DNA of 63,337 nucleotides, filler included, from Octopus bimaculoides (Eukaryota): NCBI RefSeq assembly GCF_001194135.2. It is 5 parts of 5 records of this genome, joined end to end, with 100 filler letters (N's around TTAATTAATTAA, not from the genome) between each part and the next. Parts side by side here need not be neighbours in the genome. Positions count along the whole stretch, not along the records: positions 62,035 to 63,337 come from NW_026315553.1; 4 more parts are not named here. One strand, 5' to 3'. Shown piece by piece: positions 62,036 to 63,337 of this stretch (position 1 is its first letter; each line of letters starts with the position of its first letter). The notes under the pieces were generated by a model. It saw only the letters and a program-made list of their open reading frames with translations, ran no database searches and was not told where the DNA came from. The position numbers and the translations under genes were made by a program.

Positions 62036-63337
62036 TTAAACATAACAATGACGATGGCACGTGATCCTTTTACTAGAATTCCATCTTGTCCGTCTTGCTT
62101 TATCGATTTTGGTTCCCATCTTCATAAAGTTGATGGCAAATATTATCTGTTCACAAGTGTGACAGGTGCGCAACAGGGGAATATATTATCTATGGTTTCC
62201 ACGTCTTCCATGAACGTCAAGGTTCAACGTATAACGAAATTAGTTCTCGATGAAAAAGTGATGGAAAGATGGGATAAAATTCGAGATCCCATAACGAATA
62301 GAATCACTATATTACTAAGTTCCTTCATCCCTGGTGGATTTTCTCTTATTGTGTTAGATAGCGATGAGCGTCAAGTATATTCCGGGCCATATTCAAATAA
62401 TGAGTTAATATTTCATACTATCCCGGCTCAAGTTTGTATCTCAATTGATAAATATGCTAAGTTAAAAAGGGGGAGGGCTATGTTACTTATATCAATATGT
62501 CAGCTAATTGACAAAGTACAATTCATAATATATATCCAAGGCAAGCAATCTATTTCGTATACCACACCAGAGTTTACTGTCCGAGGAAATTATTCAATTG
62601 CCCACTTTGGAGATTTTCACTACAGTGGGTCTGGTAATAACGTTGATTCTCATGTAAATACTTTCATTCAACTTGCTGTAAATGACATCAACAATGGAAT
62701 ATTAGTTCCGTATTTGAAAAGCAGAGGCGTGTGGTTCAGTGTTAAAAGCGTGGACACAAGGAGTGATATGTCGACTGCATATAGAAAATTACTGGATTTG
62801 ACTTCAGATGCTAATTTGCTTCGTTATGATAATATCCGCTTAGTGATTGGTAGCGTGTCAACAGAGATCACTGAAGCAGTGTACCCATTACTTTTAAAAG
62901 GCCGTGTGCCATTTATTTCAACCGTTAATATTGGACATAAGTTATCCAAAGGCGAAACACACAGATATTTAAATAGAGTTTGTTGGACTGAACAAAGACT
63001 TATCAACTCGGTGCTACAGGCAGCGGTAGAGCGCAAATGGTCTAAGATAATAACAATCCGTTACTATGACACTGAAGTGAGCCCATTATTTTACGTTCTT
63101 TTGATTAAACATGGAATGCAATTGGCTGGAAATATTGTGCTTCCGGAAATAAAGAATGATAAAAACAGTATGCCTACTACGTACTTCCTTGCTGAACTGG
63201 TACAAGTTTCAACTATGGGTAGTAAAATAATTTTTTTTTTTGCACCGAAGTATGTTCAACCCTATGCCTTACGCGAGGCATATATGACTGGCATCTCTTC
63301 GTTGCATGGTTTTCAATGGGTGTTATTTGGTGAATAT
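62036..63337 (+). CDS. Long open frame (434 codons, open at both ends): beta-rich module plus Venus-flytrap/ANF-receptor-like ligand-binding domain, probably a class C GPCR-like or related receptor
   Basis: Hand translation shows no stop from the spacer edge to the window end; first ATG at 62048. From about 62590: YSIAHFGDF..FIQLAVNDINN..VDTRSD..VIGSVSTEITEAV..VPFIS..LSK..YLNRV..KWSKI..KIIFF..AYMTG..FQWV, the periplasmic-binding-protein type 1 pattern. Confidence 0.85.

Overview
AT-rich, microsatellite- and transposon-dense animal DNA. The SINE families and repeat content are consistent with an octopus (coleoid cephalopod) draft assembly; this is an inference. The window has many N gaps, most abutting (TA)n, and four artificial 100-bp spacers (44N-TTAATTAATTAA-44N) that split it into five joined blocks. 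The first block holds nine phase-consistent minus-strand exons (27095 down to 10728) encoding the C-terminal part of UNC79, the NALCN channel accessory subunit. One further exon and part of another are predicted to lie in N gaps. The last 1.3 kb is a stop-free plus-strand frame, absent from the supplied ORF track, that encodes a beta-rich module followed by a Venus-flytrap (ANF-receptor/class C GPCR-like) domain. The rest is mostly mobile DNA: tRNA-derived SINEs, RTE, CR1-like and L1/Tx1-like LINE fragments, R4/Dong-like restriction-endonuclease retroelement ends tied to (AAT)n tracts, two internally deleted Helitrons, four Tc1/mariner fragments, two piggyBac-type MITEs and Penelope-like fragments with hammerhead-ribozyme motifs. 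The best leads are (1) a same-strand stack at 33520-35376 that reads as a tRNA-headed, hammerhead-bearing SINE split by two AAT-targeting insertions, (2) the long single-exon flytrap receptor frame, and (3) a roughly nine-fold CpG density difference between hand-counted samples on either side of the first spacer. Family assignments come from recalled motifs, not database searches.
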